From an uncultured Clostridium sp. (lineage in GTDB: Bacteria > Bacillota > Clostridia > TANB77 > CAG-508), in the NCBI GenBank assembly GCA_947648495.1, contig CANSOA010000003.1, positions 141,256-205,255 on the forward strand: a DNA stretch of 64,000 bases, written 5' to 3'. The notes under the pieces were generated by a model, which searched no databases, had not been told where the DNA came from, and saw only the letters and a list, made by a program, of their open reading frames with translations. Shown here one piece after another: positions 10,065 through 20,579 of this stretch (within the stretch, counting starts at the first letter, position 1; the number at the start of each line of letters is the position of its first letter). A program made the position numbers and the translations under genes.

Positions 10065-10925
10065 TTACCGACACTTCTCATAATAGTCCATCGGTATACC
10101 ATAAAATTGATCCGGATTTTCAAGCCCCGCACTCTTTACCTTTCCTGCCATCCAAGCTTGTTCTTCCCTTGTTTGATACAAAACTTCTTCTGGCAAAATT
10201 TCTATTGTTCCATTTATCAAACCTTCTGCAATACATAAAGATTTTTCAGAAGGTTCTCTTCCCGATTCAACATATTGAATCGTCTCTGGAGCATATTGTC
10301 TCTCTCCACCAATTACTTGGTAGAGAACTTCTTTGACTGTATTCACACTCAAAAAATCATCGTAAACCGTGCGAACACGATTTAAAGAAACTGACATTAC
10401 TCGAAACAATGCCACTTCGTCATTCGGATCTGCTTCTGCTTCTCCCAGCAGTGCTAATGTATCTGTTTCAGGCTTAACATGCGCAAATTGCATGCGCTGT
10501 TTGCCTATTTTGGCCTCCTTTATTTTATTTTCCCTTTCTTGCTCCTTTTCTGCTGGAGACCTTAGATTCCACCTTTCTTTTGATCTTATACTAGCTCTTT
10601 CATAATATTCTGTTTCTTCCTCCTTTTTTTTCTCCTTTTCTTTCATTTCTTGTTCCTTCTTTTTTTGTTCCATTTCAGAAACCATTTCTGAAATGGAAAT
10701 TTCTGGTGAATAATCTTTTTGGGAGGATTTAGAAACAAGATCTTCAATGGAAAGATCAACTTCTACTACTGGCAAAAATTCTTGAGTTTGATTTGCTGAA
10801 GCTTGCATATTAGGGATTAAACAAGCTATTGCTGTAGTAGCAACTGCGACTACACTAACTTGCAACTTGTTTTTTATCCCCCATGTTTGCTCCAACCGCG
10901 AATAATCTCCTGGATCGTTATCCAT
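10065..10925 (-). CDS. SleB/CwlJ-family (Hydrolase_2) cell wall hydrolase-like protein
   Basis: LALLGEAEADPNDEVALFRVMSVSLNRVRT resembles the SleB catalytic-domain block (LARLVxAEAxGE...NRV). Charged KE-rich linker. Confidence 0.45.
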   Translation of the reverse strand: MDNDPGDYSRLEQTWGIKNKLQVSVVAVATTAIACLIPNMQASANQTQEFLPVVEVDLSIEDLVSKSSQKDYSPEISISEMVSEMEQKKKEQEMKEKEKKKEEETEYYERASIRSKERWNLRSPAEKEQERENKIKEAKIGKQRMQFAHVKPETDTLALLGEAEADPNDEVALFRVMSVSLNRVRTVYDDFLSVNTVKEVLYQVIGGERQYAPETIQYVESGREPSEKSLCIAEGLINGTIEILPEEVLYQTREEQAWMAGKVKSAGLENPDQFYGIPMDYYEKCR

Positions 10926-11115
10926 CTTTTCTTCTCCTTTCCTTAGCCCACAGAGGGCTTTTTTTCGCTATTGTAGAAATAAAATCTACTAGGCATTTTG
11001 CATTATAACACATTTTACATAATTTGGCAATACCTTTTTTCAACTTTTTGCTACATTTGTAGCGTTTTTTTCAAAAAATAAACCGTTATCAAAATGACAA
11101 CCGTTTATTTTTGTA

Positions 11116-13239
11116 TTATTTTAAAATCCATATTTTATTATTTTGTGGTGTTCGCTCATAATTTTCATGCAAATATTTCCTTAAATAATCATCATATCCA
11201 GATATTTCCCACGCTTTTAAATCTTCGTCATATACAACAAGTTGGGGATGTTTATTTATTAAATCTTCAATTGTATCTAACTCATACCAATCCATATACC
11301 AAGGAAGAATAAAACCTAAACGGTTGATGGGTTCCCTATTTTTATAAATTAAATAGACTGATGGGTTTGAATAAATATCAAAAAATATTTCTTCTGTTTC
11401 TGAAGTTTGCGAAATAATTTTTTGGTCTAGACTTGTAATTGGTTCCTCTTTTTTAAATAAATACATCGTACAATGGTTCATATAATTTCCTACTATAAAT
11501 AAAATAGCAACTACAAAAACTATTTTTGAAATGGACATTTTATAAAAATCAACATATGTTACAACAATAGTTAATATAGATGTCCAGGTTACAATAGCAT
11601 GAAACGGTTCATTTGTTCTAGTAAATCCAAAGCTGATGAACAAAAATAGAATTATTCCTTCTAAATATTGCTTCCTTTTTAATTGATCCACTAAAAAAAT
11701 TATTAAATTAGCAGCTAAAATTATATTTACAATAGAAGCTATTACCTCTTTGCACTCGATTATATTTTGTATTGCGTTTGGAATGATTTGTATAAAATTA
11801 CGAATTCCAATAAAGAAAGGTTGTATCACATTGGTGCCAAATCCATCATCTAAGTAATAAGAATATACTTGTCGATTAAATACAAATGCTTGTTTATAAA
11901 AATCAATTAATGAATGCGTTGCTACAAAATAGCAAAATAACAAGACAAATGGAACTGCGCACGCAATTACCAATTTCCAATATCTTGCAAAAGCGCTTTT
12001 AAAATCAATTAATTTACGTCTTTTCCAATACAAAATTTCCTTAAAAAATACCCCTAACCCAATCGCAAAAATCGCATAAATACTTACAAATGCAGAGCAA
12101 AAAGCACCAAAAATACAAATCGAAACAATGCTTACACGCATCCAATCCAATTTTTCATCTTTTAAATATTGTAAAAATTCCAATAGGAAAGCAGTCATAC
12201 AAATAGCTTGAATGTTATCACTCAAAATCATGACACTTTCTTTTGCAATTAACATACCAAACATAATCTGTAAAACTGGTAATAACGCCATTTTTGCTTT
12301 TCCAAAATTCTCTTTGTGTCTCAAATATAATGCTATATAAGCAAATGTTATCATGACATAATAAATCAATCGAAATTGTTCTACAGAACCTGCCCCAAAA
12401 ATGGAAAATATCGCACACAAAAGATATGCAAATGGAGTATGTTGTGTATAATAATCCACATATAAAATTTTTCCTTTTTCAATTAACATGCCACCAATGA
12501 TATTATCCACCTCATCGGAAAACGATTCCATTCTAGCAAATACCGCCAATAATGCAAAAATAGCAATTCCTAACAAACCTACCTGAACTAAAACATTTGA
12601 TTTAATCGATTTTTGTTTTGTATACAAACATAAAATATAAATTAACAAAGCGACCACATAAACTTCACAGACCAAAGCAAAAACAAACCAAAAAGCATTT
12701 GAATCTCCTCCGTAAATATTCATGCACAAATTGGCTTCATATAAATTTCCGTTATAATATAAATTTCCACTATTCTCAGCACTTTTATCCACATAAAATG
12801 CCACACCATTTTCATGATTTACTCTTGATTTTGCCTTTATGATAACAGAAAATTGATGTGTTGTATCAATTTTTATTGGAGAATTTAACATTAATTGATA
12901 TGTTTCGTTGTCTTTTGCTCTGCTAGTATTAAACGTAAAAGATGCAATTTGCTGATTGGTTGTTTGATCCATAACCAATAATTCATATCTTGAATTATTT
13001 TCTCTCCCATACGTTCCAACTGTTAAGCCAATTCCTTGAAATAGTTCATACGGAATTGTAAATTCCTGCTCAATCCAAAAGTTATTGTCAGACAAATCTA
13101 AACTATCTTCACAATTTGTTCCAATATAAGTATATTCTAAATAAGTCACTTTCTGAGTCGATTGTCTTAACACAAATACACATAATGCAAACACAGCGAT
13201 AACAATTATAGCAATCCAAAATTTTTGTTTTTTAGACAT
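11116..13239 (-). CDS. Large polytopic membrane protein, GT-C-like (YfhO/ArnT/PMT-like candidate)
   Basis: 707 aa. N-terminal TM, ~150-aa extracytoplasmic segment, then more than 10 TM helices. Directly downstream of the GT2 gene and glf. Confidence 0.4.
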   Translation of the reverse strand: MSKKQKFWIAIIVIAVFALCVFVLRQSTQKVTYLEYTYIGTNCEDSLDLSDNNFWIEQEFTIPYELFQGIGLTVGTYGRENNSRYELLVMDQTTNQQIASFTFNTSRAKDNETYQLMLNSPIKIDTTHQFSVIIKAKSRVNHENGVAFYVDKSAENSGNLYYNGNLYEANLCMNIYGGDSNAFWFVFALVCEVYVVALLIYILCLYTKQKSIKSNVLVQVGLLGIAIFALLAVFARMESFSDEVDNIIGGMLIEKGKILYVDYYTQHTPFAYLLCAIFSIFGAGSVEQFRLIYYVMITFAYIALYLRHKENFGKAKMALLPVLQIMFGMLIAKESVMILSDNIQAICMTAFLLEFLQYLKDEKLDWMRVSIVSICIFGAFCSAFVSIYAIFAIGLGVFFKEILYWKRRKLIDFKSAFARYWKLVIACAVPFVLLFCYFVATHSLIDFYKQAFVFNRQVYSYYLDDGFGTNVIQPFFIGIRNFIQIIPNAIQNIIECKEVIASIVNIILAANLIIFLVDQLKRKQYLEGIILFLFISFGFTRTNEPFHAIVTWTSILTIVVTYVDFYKMSISKIVFVVAILFIVGNYMNHCTMYLFKKEEPITSLDQKIISQTSETEEIFFDIYSNPSVYLIYKNREPINRLGFILPWYMDWYELDTIEDLINKHPQLVVYDEDLKAWEISGYDDYLRKYLHENYERTPQNNKIWILK

Positions 13240-13240
13240 C

Positions 13241-13963
13241 TTACTTTATTTCCTTTAACATTTTATTAATTTCCCTAAAATTCTTTATCGCTTGTACTCC
13301 TATTTTACAAATTTTCTTTAAGTTAATTGAATTTACGCCACCCTGTCTTTGTCTAAAAGTAATCGGTATGTATTTTACAGAGTATTTTTTCTTAGCATAA
13401 ATAACAGAAATAATCACATTAGACAAATTAAATTTCTCTGGTATGAATTTCAAATTTTGTTTTAAAGTGTCTGCTTTCATTAAGCGAAATGGCGTGTTAG
13501 CATCAATTGTGGTAACACCAAAACAAAATTTGATAGTATATTTCAAAACTTTGGTTACAAGATAACGTGAAAATCCATCTTCTCTTTTACTTCGATGTCC
13601 AATTACCATTTCATAATCATGCCTAACATCCCAAAACTGTTCAAATTCACTTGGCAAAGTTTGCCCATCTGAATCTGTCTGAAAGACATAATCTGCTCCA
13701 TTTTCTATGGCATACTGATAACCATACAAAACAGTAGCACCATGTCCTTCATTTGGTTTTGTAATCGCTTTTATGAGTGGATATTTTTGAGCACATTCTT
13801 TTATAATAGAATAAGTGTTATCTTTGCTTCCATCGTCAATTAGGACAAATCTAGATTCTCCATTTCCATTATATTTTTCAATAATTGGATACCATTCTTC
13901 AATTACTTTTTTTATGTTCGCTTCTTCATTGTAAACAGGTATTACTATGTATAATTTTTCCAT
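13241..13963 (-). CDS. Family 2 glycosyltransferase (polyprenyl-phosphate sugar transferase-like, GtrB/CsbB type)
   Basis: IVIPVYNEEANI...LIDDGSKDNT...DSDGQ motifs of GT2. Confidence 0.7.
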   Translation of the reverse strand: MEKLYIVIPVYNEEANIKKVIEEWYPIIEKYNGNGESRFVLIDDGSKDNTYSIIKECAQKYPLIKAITKPNEGHGATVLYGYQYAIENGADYVFQTDSDGQTLPSEFEQFWDVRHDYEMVIGHRSKREDGFSRYLVTKVLKYTIKFCFGVTTIDANTPFRLMKADTLKQNLKFIPEKFNLSNVIISVIYAKKKYSVKYIPITFRQRQGGVNSINLKKICKIGVQAIKNFREINKMLKEIK

Positions 13964-14092
13964 TTTTATTTCCTTTTTATTTGGATTGATTTGAGGTATT
14001 TTTTATTTTTGTCTTTGTTTTATATTCATTTTTAATTTACATTTTCAGCATTCACCTCTATTCCCAGAAAAGAAGGCAATTGATAATTGCCT

Positions 14093-15190
14093 CTACAAGA
14101 ACGTATAGCAGGTATTTAGAGCTTGTTTGATAACCTTGTCCATGTCGTAATATTGGTATTGACCTAATCGACCACCAAAAATTACATTTGGGTCATTATT
14201 TGCCAATGTTTTATATTTTTCGTATAAAGCATTATTCTTTTCATCATTAATTGGATAATATGGCTCTTTTGTAATATCCCAAAAATCTGGATATTCTTTT
14301 GTTATAATTGTTTTTGGCTGATTCCCAAATTCAAAATGTTTATGCTCAATAATTCTTGTATAAGGAACTTCGTATTGCGTATAATTCACAACACTATTTC
14401 CTTGATAATTTTCCATATTCAAAATTTCTGTCTCAAATCTCAAACTTCTATATTCCAATTCCCCAAATTGATAATCGTAGTACTGATCAATTGGACCTGT
14501 AAAAATAATTGTTTCTGCAATATTTTCCAATTCTGTTTTATGCTCAAAATAATCACAATTTAATTTCACTTCAATTCCTTCCAGCATTTTTTCAATCATT
14601 TTAGTATAACCACCAATTGGAATTCCTTGATACGTGTCATTAAAATAATTATTATCATACGTAAAACGAACAGGCAATCTTTTGATAATAAAGGCTGGCA
14701 AATCAGTTGCCTTTTTCCCCCATTGTTTTTGAGTATACCCTTTTATCAATTTTTCATAAATTGTTTTTCCAACTAATTTAATCGCCTGTTCTTCCAAATT
14801 CTTTGGTTCTTGAATGTGAACTTCTTCTAACTCTTGCTCGATTTTTTGTTTCGCCTCTTCTGGTGTAAAAATGCCCCAAAGTTGATGAAATGTATTCATA
14901 TTAAATGGCAAATTATAAACTTCATCTTTGTATTTTGCAATCGGCGAATTCGTATAGCGATTAAATTCAGCAAATTGATTAATATAATCCCAAACTTGTT
15001 TGTCACTCGTGTGGAAAATATGCGCACCATATTTGTGAACATTAATATTTTCAATTTCTTCTGTATAAATATTTCCTGCAATATGTGAACGTTTGTCTAT
15101 TATCAAACATTTTTTACCTTTTTGAGTCGCCTCATGAGCAAATATCGCTCCAAATAATCCACATCCTACAATTAGATAATCGTATTTCAT
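14093..15190 (-). CDS. glf: UDP-galactopyranose mutase
   Basis: MKYDYLIVGCGLFGA...KYGAHIFHT...YNLPFNMNTFHQLWG. Near-colinear with E. coli Glf. Confidence 0.9.
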   Translation of the reverse strand: MKYDYLIVGCGLFGAIFAHEATQKGKKCLIIDKRSHIAGNIYTEEIENINVHKYGAHIFHTSDKQVWDYINQFAEFNRYTNSPIAKYKDEVYNLPFNMNTFHQLWGIFTPEEAKQKIEQELEEVHIQEPKNLEEQAIKLVGKTIYEKLIKGYTQKQWGKKATDLPAFIIKRLPVRFTYDNNYFNDTYQGIPIGGYTKMIEKMLEGIEVKLNCDYFEHKTELENIAETIIFTGPIDQYYDYQFGELEYRSLRFETEILNMENYQGNSVVNYTQYEVPYTRIIEHKHFEFGNQPKTIITKEYPDFWDITKEPYYPINDEKNNALYEKYKTLANNDPNVIFGGRLGQYQYYDMDKVIKQALNTCYTFL

Positions 15191-15206
15191 TTTTCTACCT
15201 CTTTTT

Positions 15207-15283
15207 TGGTGTACCCAACTGGAATCGAACCAGCGACCTTCCGCTTAGGAGGCGGACGCTCTATCCTACTGAGCTATGGATAC
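15207..15283 (-). tRNA. tRNA-Arg (anticodon CCT)
   Basis: rc folds as a cloverleaf: GTATCCA acceptor, GCTC-AGTAGGATA-GAGC D-arm, anticodon loop CUCCUAA, TTCGATT T-loop, 3' CCA encoded. Confidence 0.85.
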
Positions 15284-15327
15284 ATATAATTTAAAGGCAA
15301 GGCAAGCCCTGCCCCTACTTGTCCTTT

Positions 15328-15510
15328 TTATGCATTTAATTTTGCTACTAATTCTTCCACATCAATTCCATGAACTGCACACGCCTCTTCTAATGTTTCA
15401 GCCTGTGACGCTGGACATCCTAAACAATGCATTCCTGCTTCCAATAAAATATCTGCTTTATCTGGAAATTGTTCTAATAAATCACCTATTTTCGTTGTTT
15501 TTTCTATCAT
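15328..15510 (-). CDS. Small DUF1858-like redox/disulfide-domain protein
   Basis: 60 aa, GMHCLGCP motif typical of hybrid-cluster-protein-associated small redox proteins. Confidence 0.45.
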   Translation of the reverse strand: MIEKTTKIGDLLEQFPDKADILLEAGMHCLGCPASQAETLEEACAVHGIDVEELVAKLNA

Positions 15511-15776
15511 AATTCTCCTCCTTTTTCATTCAAAATAAAAATTTTTTATAATTTTATCACAAATTTTCAAAAAAGTATAGACATTTTTCAAAATTTGTTA
15601 TATTATATTTGTAATTTGAAAAGAAAATTTTTTTCTAAACTGATTTTCTTATCAGTTTTAAATGTTTTTTCATATTGCAGTTTCTTGCAAATTTTCAAAT
15701 TATTAAAATTTATTATATTCATTGGAGGTGATAAAAATACAAATTATTTTTATTTCATTAAGAAAGGAGTTTTGTT

Positions 15777-16106
15777 ATGAAACGAAAAAAAGTCTTATTC
15801 ATTTTTACTATTTTTGTATCAGCCATATTTTTTTGCGCACTCAGCAATATTTCCTTCGCTGCTGACCCAAAATTAGTAACAACCTTAACAGGTGCCTTCA
15901 CCAAACTAGAAGGCTACATCGTAAAAATAGCTACATCATTTGCTGCTGTAGCTGTAGCAACTGGATTATTAATGCGAAAATTTAGTTTAGGCGATGAGAA
16001 AAAAATTTACAGAGCAAACAACTTAATAAAGGGAAGTATCACATCTTATGTACTAATCATATGCATTGATTTAATTCTTTCTTTAATTAGTACCGTTTTA
16101 AGCTAG
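15777..16106 (+). CDS. Small secreted two-TM protein (signal peptide plus hydrophobic hairpin)
   Basis: 109 aa. GGA RBS, cleavable-looking N-terminus ...SFAADPK. First of three co-directional membrane-protein genes. Confidence 0.4.
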   Translation: MKRKKVLFIFTIFVSAIFFCALSNISFAADPKLVTTLTGAFTKLEGYIVKIATSFAAVAVATGLLMRKFSLGDEKKIYRANNLIKGSITSYVLIICIDLILSLISTVLS

Positions 16107-16120
16107 AAAAGAGGCTAATT

Positions 16121-16993
16121 TTGAATGAAACAATTAACTTAAGCAATTTAATTTGCGACTCTTTAAACAGCATTTTCTTTAAAATTTTCTCATCCATAGA
16201 CAATACCATTTATTCTAATTTAGATAATATTCTTTTTATAAATTCTGATATAATAAATAACTTAAAATTCCAACAAATTTTTGGAACCGACTCAAGCAAC
16301 GGCTTGTTACTTCTTGCCAACAGCTTAATTTTCGGTATTGTATTATTTTATATTCTCAGCTTTGCAGTTTCACATCTAATCTATTCAAAAATAGATTCCC
16401 CCTATCAATTTTTATTTAAGTGTATTATTTTTGCAACTTGTATGAATTCTTCTTTGTGGATTTGCGAAAACTTAATTTATTTAATAACGACTCTTACAGA
16501 CTTCATTCGAGAAATTGGAAGTTCTATAAATGGATTTGAAATTACTTTTTCAAACCTAATCAATCATATCAATTCCACACTTTATCCAACCATAGAAACC
16601 TTTGACATTTTCTCATTTGACGGAATATTAAAATTCGCAACCACCATTGGAATTATTTACATTTTGCTAATCTATTCCACGCGCTATATTTTATGCAAAA
16701 TTTTAATACTGCTTACACCTTTTGCATTTTTATCTTTGATTAATCATCGTTTTGACGGATTTTTTAAAGGCTGGTTAAAACAATTTCTAACACTTTTATC
16801 CATGCAAATTTTTGTAAGCCTTATCTTAGTATTAGGATTTTCATTAGAATTTCAAGCTGGAAATACCTTATCAAAACTAATCTATTTCGGAATTATTGCT
16901 ATCATTGCAAAATGTCACTATAATGTAAAAGAAATTTTCTCTTTTCTTTTTCAATATAGTCACAATACATTAAAAAAATTAATTGAAATTTAA
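16121..16993 (+). CDS. Polytopic membrane protein (~7 TM), unknown function
   Basis: 290 aa. Start is 15 nt after the upstream stop. Confidence 0.4.
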   Translation: MNETINLSNLICDSLNSIFFKIFSSIDNTIYSNLDNILFINSDIINNLKFQQIFGTDSSNGLLLLANSLIFGIVLFYILSFAVSHLIYSKIDSPYQFLFKCIIFATCMNSSLWICENLIYLITTLTDFIREIGSSINGFEITFSNLINHINSTLYPTIETFDIFSFDGILKFATTIGIIYILLIYSTRYILCKILILLTPFAFLSLINHRFDGFFKGWLKQFLTLLSMQIFVSLILVLGFSLEFQAGNTLSKLIYFGIIAIIAKCHYNVKEIFSFLFQYSHNTLKKLIEI

Positions 16994-17004
16994 AAGGAGG
17001 ATTT

Positions 17005-17304
17005 ATGAATTTTATCATACCAAAAAATTATAAATTTAAAGCCAAACTATTTGGTTTAATAGATTACCAAACTGCTTTACTAGACAGTATTTGGGCAGGA
17101 ATTTTATATCTCATCGTCAACCTGATATTTTCAAGTTTCACAATAAAAATATACTTTTTTATTGGATTATTCATACCATTTTTCTTATTCAGCATTGTTG
17201 GAATTAATCAGGAAAATATGATAAGCGTATTTATTTATATCCTTAAATTTTACAAAAACCAAAAAATTTATTTATATAAGAAACGAAATCTAAAGCATTC
17301 TTAG
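17005..17304 (+). CDS. Small two-TM membrane protein
   Basis: 99 aa, AAGGAGG RBS. Confidence 0.35.
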   Translation: MNFIIPKNYKFKAKLFGLIDYQTALLDSIWAGILYLIVNLIFSSFTIKIYFFIGLFIPFFLFSIVGINQENMISVFIYILKFYKNQKIYLYKKRNLKHS

Positions 17305-17350
17305 GCTACTTTTTGCCATGCTTTAATCTCGTATTATCTTTTATTCTTTT

Positions 17351-17384
17351 AAAAAGCTATTTGGCTATGCCAATAGCTTTTTTT
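17351..17384 (+). terminator. Rho-independent terminator after the 3-gene membrane operon
   Basis: AAAAAGCTATTTGGCTATGCCAATAGCTTTTTTT. Confidence 0.65.
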
Positions 17385-17549
17385 CTTACGTGCAAGCGTC
17401 TCTTATCACCAAATATATTTTCTATATTGTTTTTTTTGTGTGTTGATGGTATAATTTAATTACTGTACAAAAGAGTTTTTAGGGGGGAATTTAAAACGCA
17501 AAATTCTTAAAGATTTTGCGTCTAAAAATATAAAAATGGGGGCTTTTAT

Positions 17550-18503
17550 ATGAAACTAATAGCAAATGACAAATCTTTTCTATTTTCAAGTACAGAAATA
17601 CCAGACATATTTTTTACAGAATATTTACCTGAAACAAAAAGTGAATTTGTTAAGGTTTATTTTTATATCCTTTTTTTGTCAAAATACAACACCGAAATCA
17701 AAATCAATGATTTGTCAAAAACGCTAAGTCTCGATTTTCCAACCGTTCAAGACGCTATAAAATATTGGGAAAAGCAAGGTCTTTTAATCAAAAACCCAAC
17801 TGGCTATGCTTTAGCAAATTTGCAAGAAATTGAACTCAATAAATTATACAATCCAAAAATCAGCCTTGCCCCTGAAACCATAGAAAAAAACGCTGAAAAT
17901 CAATATCGCGCAAAAGTGATGGATAGCATCAATTCTCAATTTTTCTCTGGAACCATGTCACCTTCTTGGTATGCAGACATCGATTTATGGTTTGAGAAAT
18001 ACGGTTTTGACGAACAAGTCATGCTCGCATTATTCAACTACGCCTACGACAACCGCGCCCTTCACCGCAATTACATTCAAACTGTCGCAGACGCTTGGTA
18101 CAAAGAAAATATCAAAACATTCAACGATTTAGATTTATATTTTGAGCGCAGAGAAAAAATTAACATCTTAAAGAAAAATATCGCCAAAAAGCTGAATTTA
18201 TCTCGCAATCTCACAGCTTATGACGAAGAATATATTTTAAAATGGCACGAAACCTATCATTATAACCTTAATATCATCGAAATTGCCCTTAAAAAATCTG
18301 CCACCAAAAACACTATCAGTTTTGAATATATCGACAAATTATTGTCAGACTGGCACGAAAAAGGTCTTACCACCATATCTGACGTCAATACCTATTTAGA
18401 TTCTTTAAAAACAAAAGACAAAAAGACAAAACAAATCAAGCAAATTGCTCTAGAATACACCCAAAGCACTTTTGATAACTGGGACGCATTATACGATAAT
18501 TAA
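17550..18503 (+). CDS. DnaD-domain replication initiation/primosome protein (Firmicute DnaB/DnaD type)
   Basis: 317 aa. DDBH2/DnaD-like C-terminal domain (WYADIDLWFEKYGF...LALFNYAYDNRA...YIQTVADAWYKENI). Immediately upstream of dnaI, as in the chromosomal dnaB-dnaI operon. Confidence 0.6.
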   Translation: MKLIANDKSFLFSSTEIPDIFFTEYLPETKSEFVKVYFYILFLSKYNTEIKINDLSKTLSLDFPTVQDAIKYWEKQGLLIKNPTGYALANLQEIELNKLYNPKISLAPETIEKNAENQYRAKVMDSINSQFFSGTMSPSWYADIDLWFEKYGFDEQVMLALFNYAYDNRALHRNYIQTVADAWYKENIKTFNDLDLYFERREKINILKKNIAKKLNLSRNLTAYDEEYILKWHETYHYNLNIIEIALKKSATKNTISFEYIDKLLSDWHEKGLTTISDVNTYLDSLKTKDKKTKQIKQIALEYTQSTFDNWDALYDN

Positions 18504-18517
18504 GAAAGAGGAAAAAA

Positions 18518-19529
18518 ATGGACCATTTAGTACTAAAAATTATTCTAAGGGAATATGAAATAAAGCGAAATCGAGCCATACAAGAAGCTGAAACCAGAAA
18601 ACGAGAGCTACTAAAAGTAAATCCGAAATTATCTGAAATAGAAACAGAACTTGCCAACCTTTCGCTCCAAACAGCAAAATCTATTTTACAAACAGAAAAT
18701 GAAAATCAAAAAAAATTATTAGCCGATTTAAAAAAGCAATCCGCTCAATTAATTAAGGAAAAAAATAGCTTTTTGAAAAATCTTGTAAAAGATAGCAACT
18801 TTTTGAAACCTCGTTTTGAATGTAAATCCTGCAAAGACACAGGTTACATCGAAAAAGACGGTATTTCCACCATGTGTAACTGTCTAAAACAACGAATTTT
18901 TAACACTTACTACAATAAATCAAATATTGGTAACTTAGAAAAAGAAAATTTCAAGAAATTCAACATCAACATTTTCTCAAATGACAAAAATCAAGAACTT
19001 TATAAATCCAAACTTTCTCCCAGAGAAAATATGGAATTTATCAAAGAAAAAGCACAAAACTTCATCAAAAATTTCAATCAACCAGACGAAAAAAACCTTT
19101 TATTCACAGGCAATACTGGACTTGGTAAAACATTTATGACAAACTGCATCGCCAGCGAAATTTTATCCTCGCGGAAAAACCGTTTTATACCAAACAGCAC
19201 CTGTCATGTTTGACGAAATCATTGATGCAAAATTTGGCAAAGAAAATTCCAAATTCGATTTAATACACAATATTTTAACAACTGATTTACTCATTATTGA
19301 TGACTTAGGAACCGAACGCACCAATGAACTGCATTTAACCGAATTATTTACCATCATCAATACCAGACTTTTAAATCAAAACAACAAAATCACAAAAACG
19401 ATTATTTCTACCAACCTACGACCAGATGAAATAGAAAAAATCTACACCACAAGAATTTCTTCGAGGATTGCAGGATATTATAGGATTTTGAGGTTCTTTG
19501 GGGAAGATTTGAGATTTAAAAAAAGGTGA
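18518..19529 (+). CDS. dnaI: Primosomal helicase loader DnaI; reading-frame break at in-frame CGG (19172-19174)
   Basis: N-terminal Zn module CKSCKDTGYIEKDGISTMCNC, Walker A GNTGLGKT, then a frame switch. Walker B LLIIDDLGTE and IstB/DnaC C-terminus resume in the +1 frame (ORF 19206-19529). Confidence 0.75.
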
Positions 19530-19558
19530 AAAGGTAACCAGTTGGTTACCTTTTCGTT
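19528..19558. terminator. Bidirectional terminator between dnaI and a convergent small gene
   Basis: AAGGTAACCAGTTGGTTACCTTTT perfect hairpin. Confidence 0.65.
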
Positions 19559-19899
19559 TAGCGAATACTCATTTCAAATTTTGTTTCTGTAATGATCATA
19601 CCAAAGCCTAATAGCTGAAGTTCATACTCTGTCTCTTTTAGGGAAAAGCAGTCTTCTTGAGAAAACTTCTCGATTTCTTTCATGACCTCAGTGGTTAAAA
19701 AACCACTGAGGTCAGTCTCTTTGTTAGCAGAATAACCCCATTGCCCATCATTGCAAAAAATCTTCACAATCTTGCTGTATTCCAACTCCAACTCATCATT
19801 TGCTTTTTCCCAAAATGCTATCAGTAAGTCAAGCAATTCTAGCTCCTTCCTTTTTTCTAGCATTTTTAAAATCCGCTTTTTTTGGTTTGTTGTTACCAT
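19558..19899 (-). CDS. Hypothetical protein
   Basis: 113 aa ORF with GGAGG RBS. No domain recognised. Confidence 0.35.
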   Translation of the reverse strand: MVTTNQKKRILKMLEKRKELELLDLLIAFWEKANDELELEYSKIVKIFCNDGQWGYSANKETDLSGFLTTEVMKEIEKFSQEDCFSLKETEYELQLLGFGMIITETKFEMSIR

Positions 19900-20036
19900 A
19901 ATTTTTCCTCCTTTTGCTCATTTGCACAACATTCGATGTTTTTTGTTTTAAGAACGGAGTAATAATGTTCTATTAATTAAATTATACTACATTTTACATA
20001 AAATGTCAATAGCTAAAAAAATAGATTAGAACAAGT

Positions 20037-20375
20037 CTAATCCATTTCTTCATCACTAAAATTTTTAATTCTTTTAGTAATCACAATCATAACAATAATA
20101 GTCGCTCCAATTAATATTGGAACATTATAGGAGTTTGTAGCTACTATACAACTCAAAATAATTAAATATATGATAAAACTTAACCATTCAATGATTGCCC
20201 AAAAGCGTTTACTTTCCTTCGTTGCCAACATAGCCATGCTAACTCCTATGCCTGTAACAGCTAATATTTTAGGTTCTTTTTGTGCTGTTATTAACGTAAG
20301 AAAAACGCCCACTGACCAAAACATTATTAGCACAATCCGTGCTATCACTTTGCAATCTTCTTTCAAATTTTTCAA
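20037..20375 (-). CDS. Small membrane protein (3-4 TM)
   Basis: 112 aa hydrophobic ORF. Confidence 0.35.
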   Translation of the reverse strand: MKNLKEDCKVIARIVLIMFWSVGVFLTLITAQKEPKILAVTGIGVSMAMLATKESKRFWAIIEWLSFIIYLIILSCIVATNSYNVPILIGATIIVMIVITKRIKNFSDEEMD

Positions 20376-20522
20376 AAAAAATCACCCTTTCTATCAATTT
20401 ATAATTTGAACTATAGCACATTTCAACAAAAAAGTCAATAGGTTACAACCATTAAAAACCGTTTACATGCATTTATACTTTCTTTTTTTCTTTAACTTTT
20501 TGACAATTTTTTTCAAACCATA

Positions 20523-20552
20523 TTGACTATTGCCACCAAAATAAGGTACAAT
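20523..20552 (+). promoter_or_regulatory. Candidate sigma-A promoter (TTGACT, 18 nt, TACAAT) for the HD-GYP regulator
   Basis: Direct reading. The ORF-track start at 20523 lies inside it. The real start is likely ATG 20580, which has an AAAGGAG RBS. Confidence 0.4.
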
Positions 20553-20579
20553 AAAGAAAATAAAAAAGGAGATTATGCC

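Noticed and set aside
17550-19529. DnaD-like plus DnaC-like pair as a phage/ICE replication module
   Set aside because: The loader has the DnaI-specific N-terminal zinc domain, and the dnaB(DnaD-like)-dnaI order is the normal chromosomal operon of low-GC Firmicutes. No phage genes nearby.
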